Shown here: piece after piece, positions 49,926 through 61,863 of the stretch
Layout: each line of letters begins with the position of its first letter
Numbering within the stretch: the first letter of the stretch is position 1
Assembly: GCA_965287045.1 (NCBI GenBank)
Contig: OZ336896.1
Span: 38,378,001 to 38,442,000, forward strand
Origin: Carcharhinus amblyrhynchos
Taxonomy: Eukaryota
Direction of reading: 5' to 3'
Length of the DNA stretch: 64,000 bases
Program-made: the position numbers and the translations under genes
The notes under the pieces: model-generated
What the model was told of the DNA's origin: nothing
The model's database searches: none
Seen by the model: only the letters and a program-made list of their open reading frames with translations

Positions 49926-50961
49926 ACCAGTGGAGTGCCCCAGGGGTCGGTGCTGGGGCCTCAGCTTTTTACCATTTATATAGATGATCTGGAGGAGGGA
50001 ACCGAGTGTATGGTGTCGAAATTTGCTGATGACACCAAGGTTGGGGGAACGGCAAATTGTGCGGAGGGTGTGGAGAGTCTGCAGAAGGATCTAGATAGGC
50101 TGGGCGAATGGGCCAGGAAATGGCAAATGGAATTTAATGTTGGCAAGTGTGAGGTGGTCCACTTTGGTAGGAATAATGGTAGGAAGGACTATTACTTACG
50201 GGGCGAAAAACTGCAGCAGGTGACGGTGCAGAGGGACCTCGGGGTCCTTGTGCATGCGTCGCAAAAACCCAGCTTGCAGGTGCAGCAGGTGGTCAGGAAG
50301 GCGAATGGGATGCTGGCCTTCATAGCAAGGGGGATTGAATATAAAAGTAGGGAGGTCTTGCTGCAGCTGTATAGGGCATTGGTGAGGCCGCAGCTGGAGT
50401 ACTGTGTGCAGTTTTGGGCGCCGCACCTGCGCAAGATATTTTGGCCTTGGAGGGAGTGCAGAGGAGGTTTACTAGGCTGATACCGGAGTTGAGGGGGTTG
50501 AGCTATGAGGAGAGGCTGAATAAACTAGGCTTGTACTCGTTAGAGTTTAGAAGAATGAGGGGAGATCTCATTGAGACATATAAGATGATGAATGGGATGG
50601 ATAGGATAGAGGTGGAGAGACTCTTCCCGCTCAAAAAAGACAGTAGGACTAGGGGGCACAGCCTCAAGATAAAGGGGGGGGGGGGCGGTTTAGAACGGAG
50701 TTGAGGAGGAACTTCTTCACTCAAAGGGTGGTGAATCTCTGGAATTCTCTGCCCGTTGAAGTGGTGGAGGCTGCCTCGCTAAATATTTTTAAGACGCGGG
50801 TTGATGGGTTTTTGATAAGAGAGGGGATTAAGGGTTATGGGGAGAGGGCGGGAAGGTGGAACTGAGCCACGACAGATCAGCCATGATCTTATTGAATGGC
50901 GGGGCAGGCTCGAAGGGCTAGATGGCCTACTCCTGCTCCTATTTCTTATGTTCTTATGTTC
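49926..50961 (+). mobile_element. Young CR1 LINE, 5'-truncated and frameshifted (RT C-terminal half)
   Basis: PQGSVLGP and KFADDTK motifs. Frameshifts near 50435 and at an expanded G run (~50674-50686). (TTCTTATG)n tail. Confidence 0.92.
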
Positions 50962-51399
50962 AAAGACAGAAAGATGATGAGGGACAACCATTAGCTTTAA
51001 GAGGGACATAAAAGAGTAGAGAGAAGTAACAAAATGGAAAGGCATAGTGGAGAGAATTTCAGCAAAAAAGTTTCAAAAAACTAACAGCGTGCATTTCAAT
51101 AGTGGAGCAAAATGATTGGGGTAGATAAGCACAAGAAGCTGTCATCAGAGAAACGGAGATCTTTACCTCTGTATCTCATTGTGAATCATTTACATTGTGT
51201 ATCAATATTTTAACAGTTTTAACTCATTTCTTGGGGTCAGAAAGATTTTGAAACAGTTTTTCTTTTCAGAATTGTTTTAGAGAGCATTGCAATAATAGTG
51301 GAAACAAGTAGAATTGTTTTAGGTTGGAATTCTAGTTTCAGATCCATTCTGGATTTTTAGATGATAATGATGGAATAGTAAAATCAAGGATATGTTATT

Positions 51400-51835
51400 G
51401 GCCAGAATTGAAGAAATGCAGAAATTATGGAGTGTTGTAGAGTTAGAGGAGATTTCAGAGATAAAAGGGTATGAGGCCATAGATATGTTTTTCAATGAAC
51501 TCACATTTACAGATAGGAAGTGGAAAGTGGGAGACCAGCCATGAGACAATTGAAACAATAAGGAATGGAAGTAGCAAAAGCATGGATGAGGGTTTCAGCA
51601 ACAGATGAGCTGAGGTAGGGATGGAGTTGAATGATATAATGAATATAGAAGTGGGAGGTTTTCATGATGAGGCGGATATGAGGGTGGAAGCTCAACTCAG
51701 GATCAAATAAGATGTCAGGTTTGTGAACAGTCTGGTTCAGCATCAGATAGTGGCCAGGGATTGGGATGGAATCAATGCCTAGAAACAGAGTTTGTGGCAA
51801 GACCCAATAGCTTCAATCTTTCCAATATTTAACTG
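51400..51835 (-). mobile_element. L2 LINE fragment
   Basis: Reverse-strand translation ...LFDPELSFHPHI...LHPYLSSSVAETLIHAFATS matches the L2 ORF2 C-terminal region. Confidence 0.75.
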
Positions 51836-53511
51836 GATACTGAGCTCTAATAAATGAGCTACACACGAAACCTTAACTTACTTGTTCTCATCACAGATTC
51901 TGACAGTGAACATATTGTTCTAGCCAACTTATTCCCATAACCATCATTATCAGAAATGTACCTTTCATCTCTGCATGCTTTCTGGAGCACAAAATGTGTT
52001 TGCAAATTGGCTGTTGTGTTTACATACACATAGTGAATGACTGTACTTCAAAAGGGTTTAATTGCTTACGAATCACGTTGAAACTGATAATGTGCTACAC
52101 AAATGCAAGTTCTTTTATTAGCTAGGAATTTGCTGGAGTTATGATAACTCCTATGATGTCAGTTGATGTCAGGCTTTTATGTGTCATAGACTATTATGTA
52201 TTATTCCCTTTTACACAACCAATAGTTTGAAATTCAGATTACGTTCAATGGAATTTACACCAATCAGCCGGGCACTGTTTATAGTTAACAATTTCTTTGA
52301 ACTCATACATACATTGGACAGGGATCAGACTGCAAGTCTGACAGCATATGCTCGCATTTTCCTTTAGGGAGATAAATGGCAGACATTAGAATCAGATTAT
52401 TCCATCTCAACTCTAATCTCCATGCTGCATAGTCTGATAACTAGCATCTGGATGTCAGTATCTTTTTCTTCCATTTTTACCAGCTCTGTTCTCCCCTCTC
52501 TCAAATGCTGGATAATGGTTCTGCCAGCATCTTACCCAAGTGGTTATGCTTCACATGGGAGCCACGGTAATGAATGCCGCCAGCTGGATTTGGGTGTCAC
52601 TGGCTTGGCCAGCATTTTTTGCCCATCCCTAATTGTTCTTGATAGCAGAAGATATCACAGCTGGTCTTATCTTTATCCACTGTCACGAAAAAATGAAGGC
52701 AAAGAGAAGAAAGAATGAAAGAACAAAGGAAAGAATTTGGATTCGTAGAGTATCTTTCATGACCTCAGGACATCTCAGAGCACTTTACAACTGACAATGT
52801 ACTTTATCAAGTGTGGTCACTATCATATTGCATGCCACATTCAGACCTCAGTTACACTATATGGTTTGTGCCATCATGATCGCTTTGAGTTTATACAAGC
52901 CATTTAACTTCACTGGTGTAGCAGAGGCCAGTATAAGGCTGACACCAGGATATATACATTTTTAAATCTAATCTGGAAGCAAAGCAAGAAATCTACACCA
53001 GTCAGGTCATTTAAATTTATAAGTGTATGCAAACTTGTGTGGTTTGAAGGAATGCTGTTCATTCTCTGTTTCCTTCAGTTGAAACAAGAATTTGCAATTT
53101 TAGATTTGTTTATGTATGGTCTATAGCAGCGACTGACGTAGATTTCAAACATATTTTTTACCTTGCGGGTGAAGAAAAAGTATTTGTTTTCTAATCTATT
53201 TATATTACTACTGCCAGCATTGCAAATGAAGCAATGCTATTACCTCAAGCTACTGGCCTAGATTTTATCTTCAAACAGGTTTTCAGTGCAAAAGAAAACT
53301 TACATTTATATAGCACTTGTCACAATCACCAGACATCACAAACTTTTCATTTAATGGCATAGTATTTGAAGCGTATTCAATATCGTGATGCAGGAAATGT
53401 GGCAACTAATTTGCATACAATAAACTCTCACAAGCAATGATAATGAGAAATGAATCTGTTTTTATGATGATTTTTATGAGTGATAAATATTAGCCAGGAC
53501 ACCAGGGGAAT

Positions 53512-55682
53512 GTTGACTGGGGGAGCACGTTGGAAGGTAGGTCTGCTGATGAGCAGTGGAGGATCTTTAAGGAGATCTTTCTTGGTGCTCAGCAGAAATT
53601 TATTCCGATGGTTAAAAAGGACCGTAGGAGGAGAGGTAATAAGCCGTGGATCACGAAGGAGGTGAAGGAAAGTTTTAAATTAAAAGCGGAGGCGTTTAGA
53701 GTAGCTAAGAGTAGTGGGCGAGAAGAGGATTGGGAGAGGTTTAAATGTCAACAAAGATTGACAAAGAAGTTGATAAAGAAGGGTAGGAGAAACTATGAAG
53801 CTGGGCTAGCGCTTAATATAAAAAAGGATAGCAAGAGTTTTTAAAAATATATAAAAAGGAAGAGGCTGGCTAGGGTGAACGTTGGACCCTTAGAGGATGA
53901 GAGGGGGGACTTAGTGGTAGGGGATGGGGAAATGGCTGAGGTCTTGAATAACTTTTTTGTTTCGGTCTTCACGGAGGAAGACGTGAATAATTTGCCGGGT
54001 GTTAGCGATGGAAAGGTGGTAGGACTGGAGGGTCTCGATGACATTATTGTTACTAGAGAGGCGGTGCTCGACAGACTGGAGGGACTGATTGTGGACAAGT
54101 CCCCAGGACCGGATGGAATGCATCCGAGGGTTCTGAAAGAAATGGCGGAGGTGATAGTGGATGCCTTGGTGGTTATTTTCCAAACGTCGCTGGATTCCGG
54201 GGTAGTGCCGGAAGACTGGAAAAAGGCTAATGTTACGCCGTTGTTTAAGAAGGGTGCCAGGCAAAAGGCAGGGAATTATAGGCCGGTTAGTTTAACGTCT
54301 GTTGTAGGTAAAATGTTAGAATCCGTCATCAAGGAGGAAATAGCGAAGCATCTTGAGGGGAATTGCTTGATAGAGCAGACGCAGCATGGTTTCGTTAAGG
54401 GGAAGTCGTGTCTGACAAATTTATTGGAGTTCTATGAGGATGTGTCTAGGGCGGTGGATAGAGGAGAGCAGGTGGATGTGGTCTTTCTCGATTTTCAGAA
54501 GGCGTTTGACAAGGTACCTCACAAGAGGTTATTGCAGAAGGTAAGGGGGCATGGAGTTGGGGGTAGGGTGTTAGCGTGGATAGAGGATTGGTTGTCAAAT
54601 AGGAGGCAGAGAGTGGGGGTTAATGGGTGCTATTCGGATTGGCGGTTGGTGACTAGTGGAGTGCCCCAGGGGCCGGTGCTGGGGCCTCAGCTATTTACCA
54701 TTTATATAGATGATCTGGAGGAGGGAACCGAGTGTAAGGTGTTGAAATTTGCTGATGACACCAAGATTGGTGGAACGGCAAATTGTGCGGAGGGTGTGGA
54801 GAGTCTGCAGAAGGATCTAGATAGGCTGGGCGAATGGGCCAGGAAATGGCAAATGGAATTTAATGTTGGCAAGTGCGAGGTGGTCCACTTTGGTAGGAAT
54901 AATGGTAGGAAGGACTATTACTTACGTGGCGAAAAACTGCAGCAGGCGACGGTGCAGAGGGACCTCGGGGTCCTTGTGCATGAGTCGCAAAAGCCCAGCC
55001 TGCAGGTGCAGCAGGTGGTCAGGAAGGCCAATGAGATGCTGGCCTTCATAGCAAGGGGGATTGAATATAAAAGTAGGGAGGTCTTGCTGCAGCTGTATAG
55101 GGCATTGGTGAGGCCGCAGCTGGAGTACTGTGTGCAGTTTTGGTCGCTGTACTTACGCAAGGATATTTTGGCCTTGGAGGGAGTGCAGAGGAGGTTTACT
55201 AGGCTGATACCGGAGTTGAGGGGGTTGAGCTATGAGGAGAGGCTGAATAAACTAGGCTTGTACTCGTTAGAGTTTAGAAGAATGAGGGGAGATCTCATTG
55301 AGGCGTATAAGATGATGAATGGGATGGATAGGATAGAGGTGGAGAGGCTCTTCCCGCTCAGAAAGGACAGTAGGACTAGGGGGCACAGCCTCAAGATAAA
55401 GGGGGGGCGGTTTAGAACGGAGTTGAGGAGGAACTTCTTCACTCAAAGTGTGGTGAATCTCTGGAATTCTCTGCCCGTTGAAGTGGTGGAGGCTGCCTCG
55501 CTAAATATTTTTAAGACGCTGGTTGATGGGTTTTTGATAAGCGAGGGGATTAAGGGTTATGGGGAGAGGGCGGGAATGTGGAACTGAGACATAACAGATC
55601 AGCCATGATCTTATTGAATGGCGGGGCAGGCTCGAAGGGCTGGATGGCCTACTCCTGCTCCTATTTCTTATGTTCTTATGTT
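53512..55682 (+). mobile_element. Young CR1 LINE, 5'-truncated ORF2 with complete RT domain
   Basis: KSPGPDG, NYRPVSLTS, QHGF, LDFQKAFD, PQG and FADD motifs. A single in-frame TAA at 53842-53844 separates the two tracked ORFs. No endonuclease domain. (TTCTTATG)n tail. Confidence 0.95.
53875..55587 (+). CDS. CR1 ORF2 reverse transcriptase remnant (570-codon open frame, non-ATG start)
   Basis: RT motifs as above. Part of a truncated LINE, so probably not a functional gene. Confidence 0.7.
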   Translation: MNVGPLEDERGDLVVGDGEMAEVLNNFFVSVFTEEDVNNLPGVSDGKVVGLEGLDDIIVTREAVLDRLEGLIVDKSPGPDGMHPRVLKEMAEVIVDALVVIFQTSLDSGVVPEDWKKANVTPLFKKGARQKAGNYRPVSLTSVVGKMLESVIKEEIAKHLEGNCLIEQTQHGFVKGKSCLTNLLEFYEDVSRAVDRGEQVDVVFLDFQKAFDKVPHKRLLQKVRGHGVGGRVLAWIEDWLSNRRQRVGVNGCYSDWRLVTSGVPQGPVLGPQLFTIYIDDLEEGTECKVLKFADDTKIGGTANCAEGVESLQKDLDRLGEWARKWQMEFNVGKCEVVHFGRNNGRKDYYLRGEKLQQATVQRDLGVLVHESQKPSLQVQQVVRKANEMLAFIARGIEYKSREVLLQLYRALVRPQLEYCVQFWSLYLRKDILALEGVQRRFTRLIPELRGLSYEERLNKLGLYSLEFRRMRGDLIEAYKMMNGMDRIEVERLFPLRKDSRTRGHSLKIKGGRFRTELRRNFFTQSVVNLWNSLPVEVVEAASLNIFKTLVDGFLISEGIKGYGERAGMWN

Positions 55683-55979
55683 CATCCCCTGCTCTTTCCC
55701 AAAACAATGCCATGGAGAGGAGCAGTCTAGGCCTATGTTTAATGTCATATTCAAAAGATGGCACCTCTGCTGACACTGCAGCATTCCCTGAGTACTCTAC
55801 TGGAACGTCACCCTGAATTTTGCCCTCAAGCCTTGAAGCAATATTGAATCCATAATTTTCTCACTCAGAGACGAGAGTGCTACCAACTCACACTTAGTAG
55901 CGTGACATTGCAGTTTGACTTCATTTTCCAGCTTTCATTCGTTCTCGCTCTAACCACATCTATTTTTTCAAAAAAGTTA

Positions 55980-56335
55980 TTATTCTTTCGTGGAATATGG
56001 GTGTCACAGGCTGGGCCAACATTTATTGCCCATATAAACTTGAACTGAGTGGCTTGCTAGGCTATTTAAGAGTCAACATCATTATTGTGGATCTGGAGTC
56101 ACATGTAGGCCAGACCAGGTAAAGACAGTTGATTTCCTTCCCTAAATGACATGAGTGAATGAGATGGGTTTTTGTGACAATCAAAAATGATTTAATGGTC
56201 ATCATTAGACTTTTAATTCCAAATTTTTATTGAATTCAAACTTGACCATCTGCTGTTCCAGGATTTGAACTCAGGTCCCCAGAGCATTACCTCAGGATTA
56301 CAAGCCCAGTGCCAATATCACTACACCACCACCTC
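55980..56335 (-). mobile_element. tRNA-derived SINE, same family as 49349-49710
   Basis: Reverse complement of the same body and tail (ctggagtcacatgtaggccagaccagg; ggatttgaactc B box). Confidence 0.75.
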
Positions 56336-56971
56336 TGCTTTAATTACTGATACAAGCTATTTCCTTGCGCTTTGCCCAAACAATCACCTTCTGTGCCTGA
56401 TAAAGGAATTCAACCATACGTGGCATCACAATTCAGCAACATCCCGTTCTCACCTGATACAACTTAATGGAAGTCACTGAAGATTGAAGAGGAGCAGCAG
56501 TTGATTTTCCTAGCAGCACTGAGGATAAAAAAGGGCTGGAATTTACTGCCTGACTGACATCAGGTTAATCAATATCGACTGGGGATCAGACTTGAGACTT
56601 TAGTTATCTGCATGACTCACTTTCAAGCTGGATAGAGGATATAATGAACAAGGCCATGGCAGAACTGTGCTTAAACTTTTCAGTACTAAGTTTCCACTGT
56701 TGTATAAAAAAATGCACATCTGTTTTCTGACCTGCACCATCTCAAAAAATCATGGTAACCTAACCACCTCTGAACTTCCCGTAACTCTCTCTGTTACTCT
56801 GCTAAGCTGAATATGCCAGGCAGAACACAAGAAGTGACATAATCTAGAATTAGTACAGGTAATTTTGATTTTGAGTGACATTGTAAAGCAGGTGATATTG
56901 ACTGAGCTGCCTGTTCTACATTGCTCTTGATTTTCATTTCCACTGACATTAACAAAAATGAAACAGAAGCT

Positions 56972-57680
56972 TGAATTTATATTTATATAGCACCTTGAAT
57001 GCAATAAAACTACCCAAGGCAATTCACATAGGCATTAAAAAATAAAATACAACACCAAGCTGCAGAATGAGATCTGAGGACAGATGATCAAAAGGTTTGT
57101 CAAAGAGGTAGGTTTTAAGGAGCATCTTGAAGAAAGACAGTGCGGTACCAAGGAGGAGAGTTGTAGAGAAGGAATTTCAAAGTTGAAGGCCTTGGCAATT
57201 GAAAGCACAGCTAGAAATAGTGAAGGGATTCAAATCCAGGTTTCTCAAGAGGCCATAATTAGAGGAGTGCAGATTTCACAGAGGATGGTAGGGTGAGAGG
57301 GAATTACAGGGATAGGAAAGGACCAGGTCGTGGAAGAATTTGAAAACAAAGATGATCATTTTTAAATCAAGGCATTATTTCACCATGTGCTAGTGTAGTC
57401 AGTAAGAACAGGATTGAACGGTGAACAATTTTGGTGTGAGTTAAGACATGACTGCAGTGTTTTGAATGATCTCAGGTTTTTGGGAGATGGGAAACTGGCC
57501 AGAGCGCATATGAATTATCAAGTCTGAAGGCATGGCTGAGGGAGCAGTGGAGATGACCTCTAATGGAGGTAGGAATAGATGGTCTTATTTACAGCCTGGA
57601 TACATGATTGGAAGCTTATCCCAGGTTAAATATGGCACCAAGATTGCTAAAGATCTGGTTCAGTCTTCGCCTGGGAAGTG
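56972..57680 (-). mobile_element. L2 LINE 3' fragment
   Basis: L2-type tail (tttatatagcacctt) and purine-rich body (ggttttaaggagcatctt...), related to 51400-51835. Confidence 0.6.
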
Positions 57681-57944
57681 ATGTTTGATGGGCAGCTGAA
57701 TTGATAATGTCAGTCGTACACAACACCAAAGTCCAAATTCCATATGACAGGTCACACAGAAAACCCAATCTCGCAGCAATGTTTAAACTCAAGTGCATCA
57801 GCGACACATGGATCACTTAATAGATTGAATGTAACAATCAAAGTGAGGACTAACATTAAAATGTTTTTATTAGTTTCTTTATTTCAATAAATTTTGAATA
57901 TTAATATCATGAGAGCTGATGGCATCATGGGTAAGGTGGATTAT

Positions 57945-58195
57945 TTCTACCTCTATAACATTGCCTATTTTCATGCCCTCCCCAGCCGAATTCTTTGAAG
58001 CTGAAATCCTCATGTGTGCCTTTGTTACCTCCAGATTTGATTATCCTAATGAAACCGTGACAGGCCTCCCTGTTCCAGCTTCCTTAAACTTGAGATCATT
58101 CAGAACTCTGCTGCCTGCATCCTAACTCACACTGCATGCTGTTCACACATCACCTCTGTGCTTGTTGACCTAACCTGGTTCCGGGTTAAACAATG
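57945..58195 (+). mobile_element. L2 LINE fragment
   Basis: Translation AEILMCAFVTSRFDYPN...GLP matches the L2 ORF2 motif LIHAFVTSRLDYCN. Confidence 0.65.
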
Positions 58196-60214
58196 TCTTC
58201 AATAGGAAGAGAGACTGAATCAAACTTTAGGCTGCCTTATTCATCTCATGAACCTACCCTGAACTCTGAGAGGAATAATAACATTTCAACAAAGTCTGTT
58301 CCATTGTTTAAAACCAGATTCCTCTAGTTTTCTACCCTTTTCTCCTGGAAGTAACTGATAATGCTGACTCTTTCTAAAGTATTTCTCTATTGGCAAAAGC
58401 ATCTCTCTGCTGTCTCACCCAAGTGACAATTCTTCCAATACGAGATGCCTAAGCATTGCCTGTCAGTAAGACATTCGGCAGGCGAAAACATCACAATGGC
58501 CAGTCTTCGCTCAACATTCACACACACGCTTTTTAACTGAGATCATTGGATGCTGATGAAGAATTCCGAGAATTGCCCAATTCCTCCCCCTTTCCACTCT
58601 CTAAGCCAAAGACACAGAGGCCAATTTTAGTTCCTTAAAATCAGATGAACAGAATTCAACTAACTCAACACAGATCAGACACTGTAATTAGCACTTTACT
58701 GCTTTGAGTGGTGTAGCACCACACCATGCAATTATCAACAGAACTGTTTTTACTGTACCAGGGGTCAAAATTGTGCTTTTTTATATTAGGAATGAATGGA
58801 ATGCACCGTGTGAAATTCCTATGACTGGCTTTTAAATGAAGGCATTAGTATGTTTATTTTAAATGGATTCACATCTTGACTAGAACATCAGACAGAAGAA
58901 TTTTGTGTGACATGTTAGCACATTTGTAACTGATAATGCAAATGCAAATTCAATTCATTTTTCAGTGTGAGAGTTGGCCAGTATGCAACAATCAATCAGA
59001 GCAGGTAATTAGCTCAAATTGCTGAAATTTAACTCTAAACCTGGGAAACTGAGTAATAGTTAGAATACAGCCCACAATGAAAAGTCTTGTGGAAACTAAA
59101 GGAAAAGAACATTTTCAATTTAAAACAATTTACTTTTCTCATGAACTGTAAGCATCAAATCTCAAATGCTTTATGCTTAGATGAGAAGGAAAAGAATCCT
59201 TTTCATATTCTTATCTTCTTCCCACAGGCTTGCTATATTGACAAGAGAGAGATGCCAGGCAGACAGAGCACTCCACAGAGCATTCCCTCTCCTTTCCACA
59301 ACACATGGAGGATCAGCTGAACAGCCAACAGACGAGATATCTCGTGAGTTGACAGCACTTTCTGGAGGGGGCAATGGACAGGATGACAGACACTCCAGGG
59401 CAGTGTCATCGAGGCCAGCCGTCCTTGTGTGTTGAGAGACTACCACCTGCTGGGAAATCCCAACAGACAGAACAGAGGGACAGTCTTCTCCGATAGAGTC
59501 TCAAGTGGAATAATTTTGCACTCTGGGTTTAAATGTGAAAAGGTTTCTTTTACGACAGACATATTGTTGTTGAGATATTGGTGAGAGTTTTAAGGTTGCA
59601 TTTATTGCCCTGACGTGACAAAGAGACATCCATACAATGTAGGACTCAAGTCACTTGTAATCTTCTGAGGGGCAACTAGGGATGGGCAGTGAATGCTGGC
59701 TTAGCCAGTTAAGCCCACATTTGATAAATTACTTTTTAAAAAACAGAACAAGTAGAGGCAGCAAGTTCCTTTTCCTGATTTGATAAACTAAATGCCCCAA
59801 TGGGATTTGAATGTACAATCTCTAACACCTTCTGTGTTGCCATACCCCATCACTGTAAGCGCTTTCAGCCAGAAATCCTCAGCAATCTCTGTGTTCCTTC
59901 AATTCTGGCCCCTTACGTAATCCCAATTTTAATTGCTCCAGCTTTAGCAACCAAGGTCCTACAATGCCATTGATGTAACACTAACAGTGATATGATAAAA
60001 CTGGTAGAGACATTTCTGCTGTTTTGAGTCTAACTATACATCTGCCCCTCACCTGAATTTGTATCATTTGCACAAAATAATGGAGACAACATTATCCTTA
60101 TTGCTAGGCTGACAAAAAATTCTGTCCTCCTTGCTTAAGAAAGGATACAATTGCTTTAAGAGCAGTTTAGAAAAGGTTCACTTCACTAAACCTGGGATGG
60201 GTGGGTTATCTTAT

Positions 60215-61743
60215 AAGAACATAAGAACAAAAGAAATAGGAGCAGGAGTAGGCCATCTAGCCCTTCGAGCCTGCCCCGCCATTCAATAAGATCATGGCTG
60301 ATCTGTCGTGGCTCAGTTCCACATTCCCGCCCTCTCCCCATAACCCTTAATCCCCTCGTTTATCAAAAACCCATCAACCTGCGTCTTAAAAATATTTAGC
60401 GAGGTAGCCTCCACCACTTCAACGGGCAGAGAATTCCAGAGATTCACCACCCTTTGAGTGAAGAAGTTCCTCCTCAACACCGTTCTAAACTGCCCCCCCT
60501 TTATCTTGAGGCTGTGCCCCCTAGTCCTACTGTCCTTTCTGAGCGGGAAGAGTCTCTCCACCTCTATCCTATCCATCCCATTCATCATCTTATATGTCTC
60601 AATGAGATCTCCCCTCATTCTTCTAAACTCTAACGAGTACAAGCCTAGTTTATTCAGCCTCTCCTTATAGCTCAACTCCCTCAACTCCGGTATCAGCCTG
60701 GTAAACCTCCTCTGCACTCCCTCCAAGGCCAAAATATCCTTGCGTAAGTGCGGCGACCAAAACTGCACACAGTACTCCAGCTGCGGCCTCACCAATGCCC
60801 TATACAGCTGCAGCAAGACCTCCCTACTTTTATATTCAATCCCCCTCGCTATGAACGCCAGCATCCCATTAGCCTTCCTGACCACCTGCTGCACCTGCAG
60901 GCTGGGTTTTTGCGACTCATGTACAAGGACCCCGAGGTCCCTCTGCACCGTCGCCTGCTGCAGTTTTTCGCCACGTAAGTAATAGTCCTTCCTACCATTA
61001 TTCCTACCAAAGTGGACCACCTCGCACTTGCCAACATTAAATTCCATTTGCCATTTCCTGGCCCATTCGCCCAGCCTATCTAGATCCTTCTGCAGATTCT
61101 CCACACCCTCCGCGCAATTTGCCGTTCCACCAATCTTGGTGTCATCAGCAAATTTCGACACCATACACTCGGTTCCCTCCTCCAGATCATCTATATAAAT
61201 GGTAAATAGCTGAGGCCCCAGCACCGACCCCTGGGGCACTCCACTAGTCACCAACCGCCAATCCGAATAGCACCCATTAACCCCCACTCTCTGCCTCCTA
61301 TTTGACAACCAATCCTCCATCCACGCTAACACCCTACCCCCAACTCCATGCCCCCTTACCTTCTGCAATAACCTCTTGTGAGGTACCTTGTCAAACGCCT
61401 TCTGAAAATCAAGAAAGACCACATCCACCGGCTCTCCTCTATCCACCGCCCTAGACACATCCTCATAGAACTCCAATAAATTTGTCAGACACGACTTCCC
61501 CTTAACGAAACCGTGCTGCGTCTGCTCTATCAAGCAATTCCCCTCAAGATGCCTCGCTATTTCCTCCTTGATGATGGATTCTAACATTTTACCTACAACA
61601 GGCGTTAAACTAACCGGCCTATAATTCCCTGCCTTTTGCCTGGCACCCTTCTTAAACAACGGCGTAACATTAGCCTTTTTCCAATCTTCCGGCACTTCCC
61701 CGGAATCCAGCGACGTTTGGAAAATAACCACCAAGGCATCCAC
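60215..61743 (-). mobile_element. Young CR1 LINE, 5'-truncated, open RT frame (60313-61743), 6-bp TSD
   Basis: 476-codon open frame nearly identical to the 53.9-55.6 kb copy. (CATAAGAA)n tail. TCTTAT at 60209-60214 and 61744-61749. Confidence 0.95.
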
Positions 61744-61863
61744 TCTTATGAAGAAAGGTTGGACAGACTGGGACTGTATCCATTGGAGTTTAGAAGATTG
61801 ACGTGATTTTCTTGAAATAAATCAGTTCCAAGGGGGCGTGACTGGATAGATGCTGAAATGATG

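Larger units (their letters stand above)
53292..55890 (-). mobile_element. DeuSINE copy split in two by a CR1 insertion (53292-53509 and 55683-55890)
   Basis: The left part ends ...gataaatattagccaggacaccagggga and the right part resumes tcccctgctc...ctcagagacgagagtgctaccaact. Together they are colinear with the copy at 45875-46281. Confidence 0.7.

Noticed and set aside
53875-55587. 570-aa RT ORF as a domesticated or novel reverse transcriptase gene
   Set aside because: It is a 5'-truncated CR1 with near-identical siblings, a LINE tail, an upstream nonsense codon, no ATG start, and an S-to-P change next to the PQG motif.
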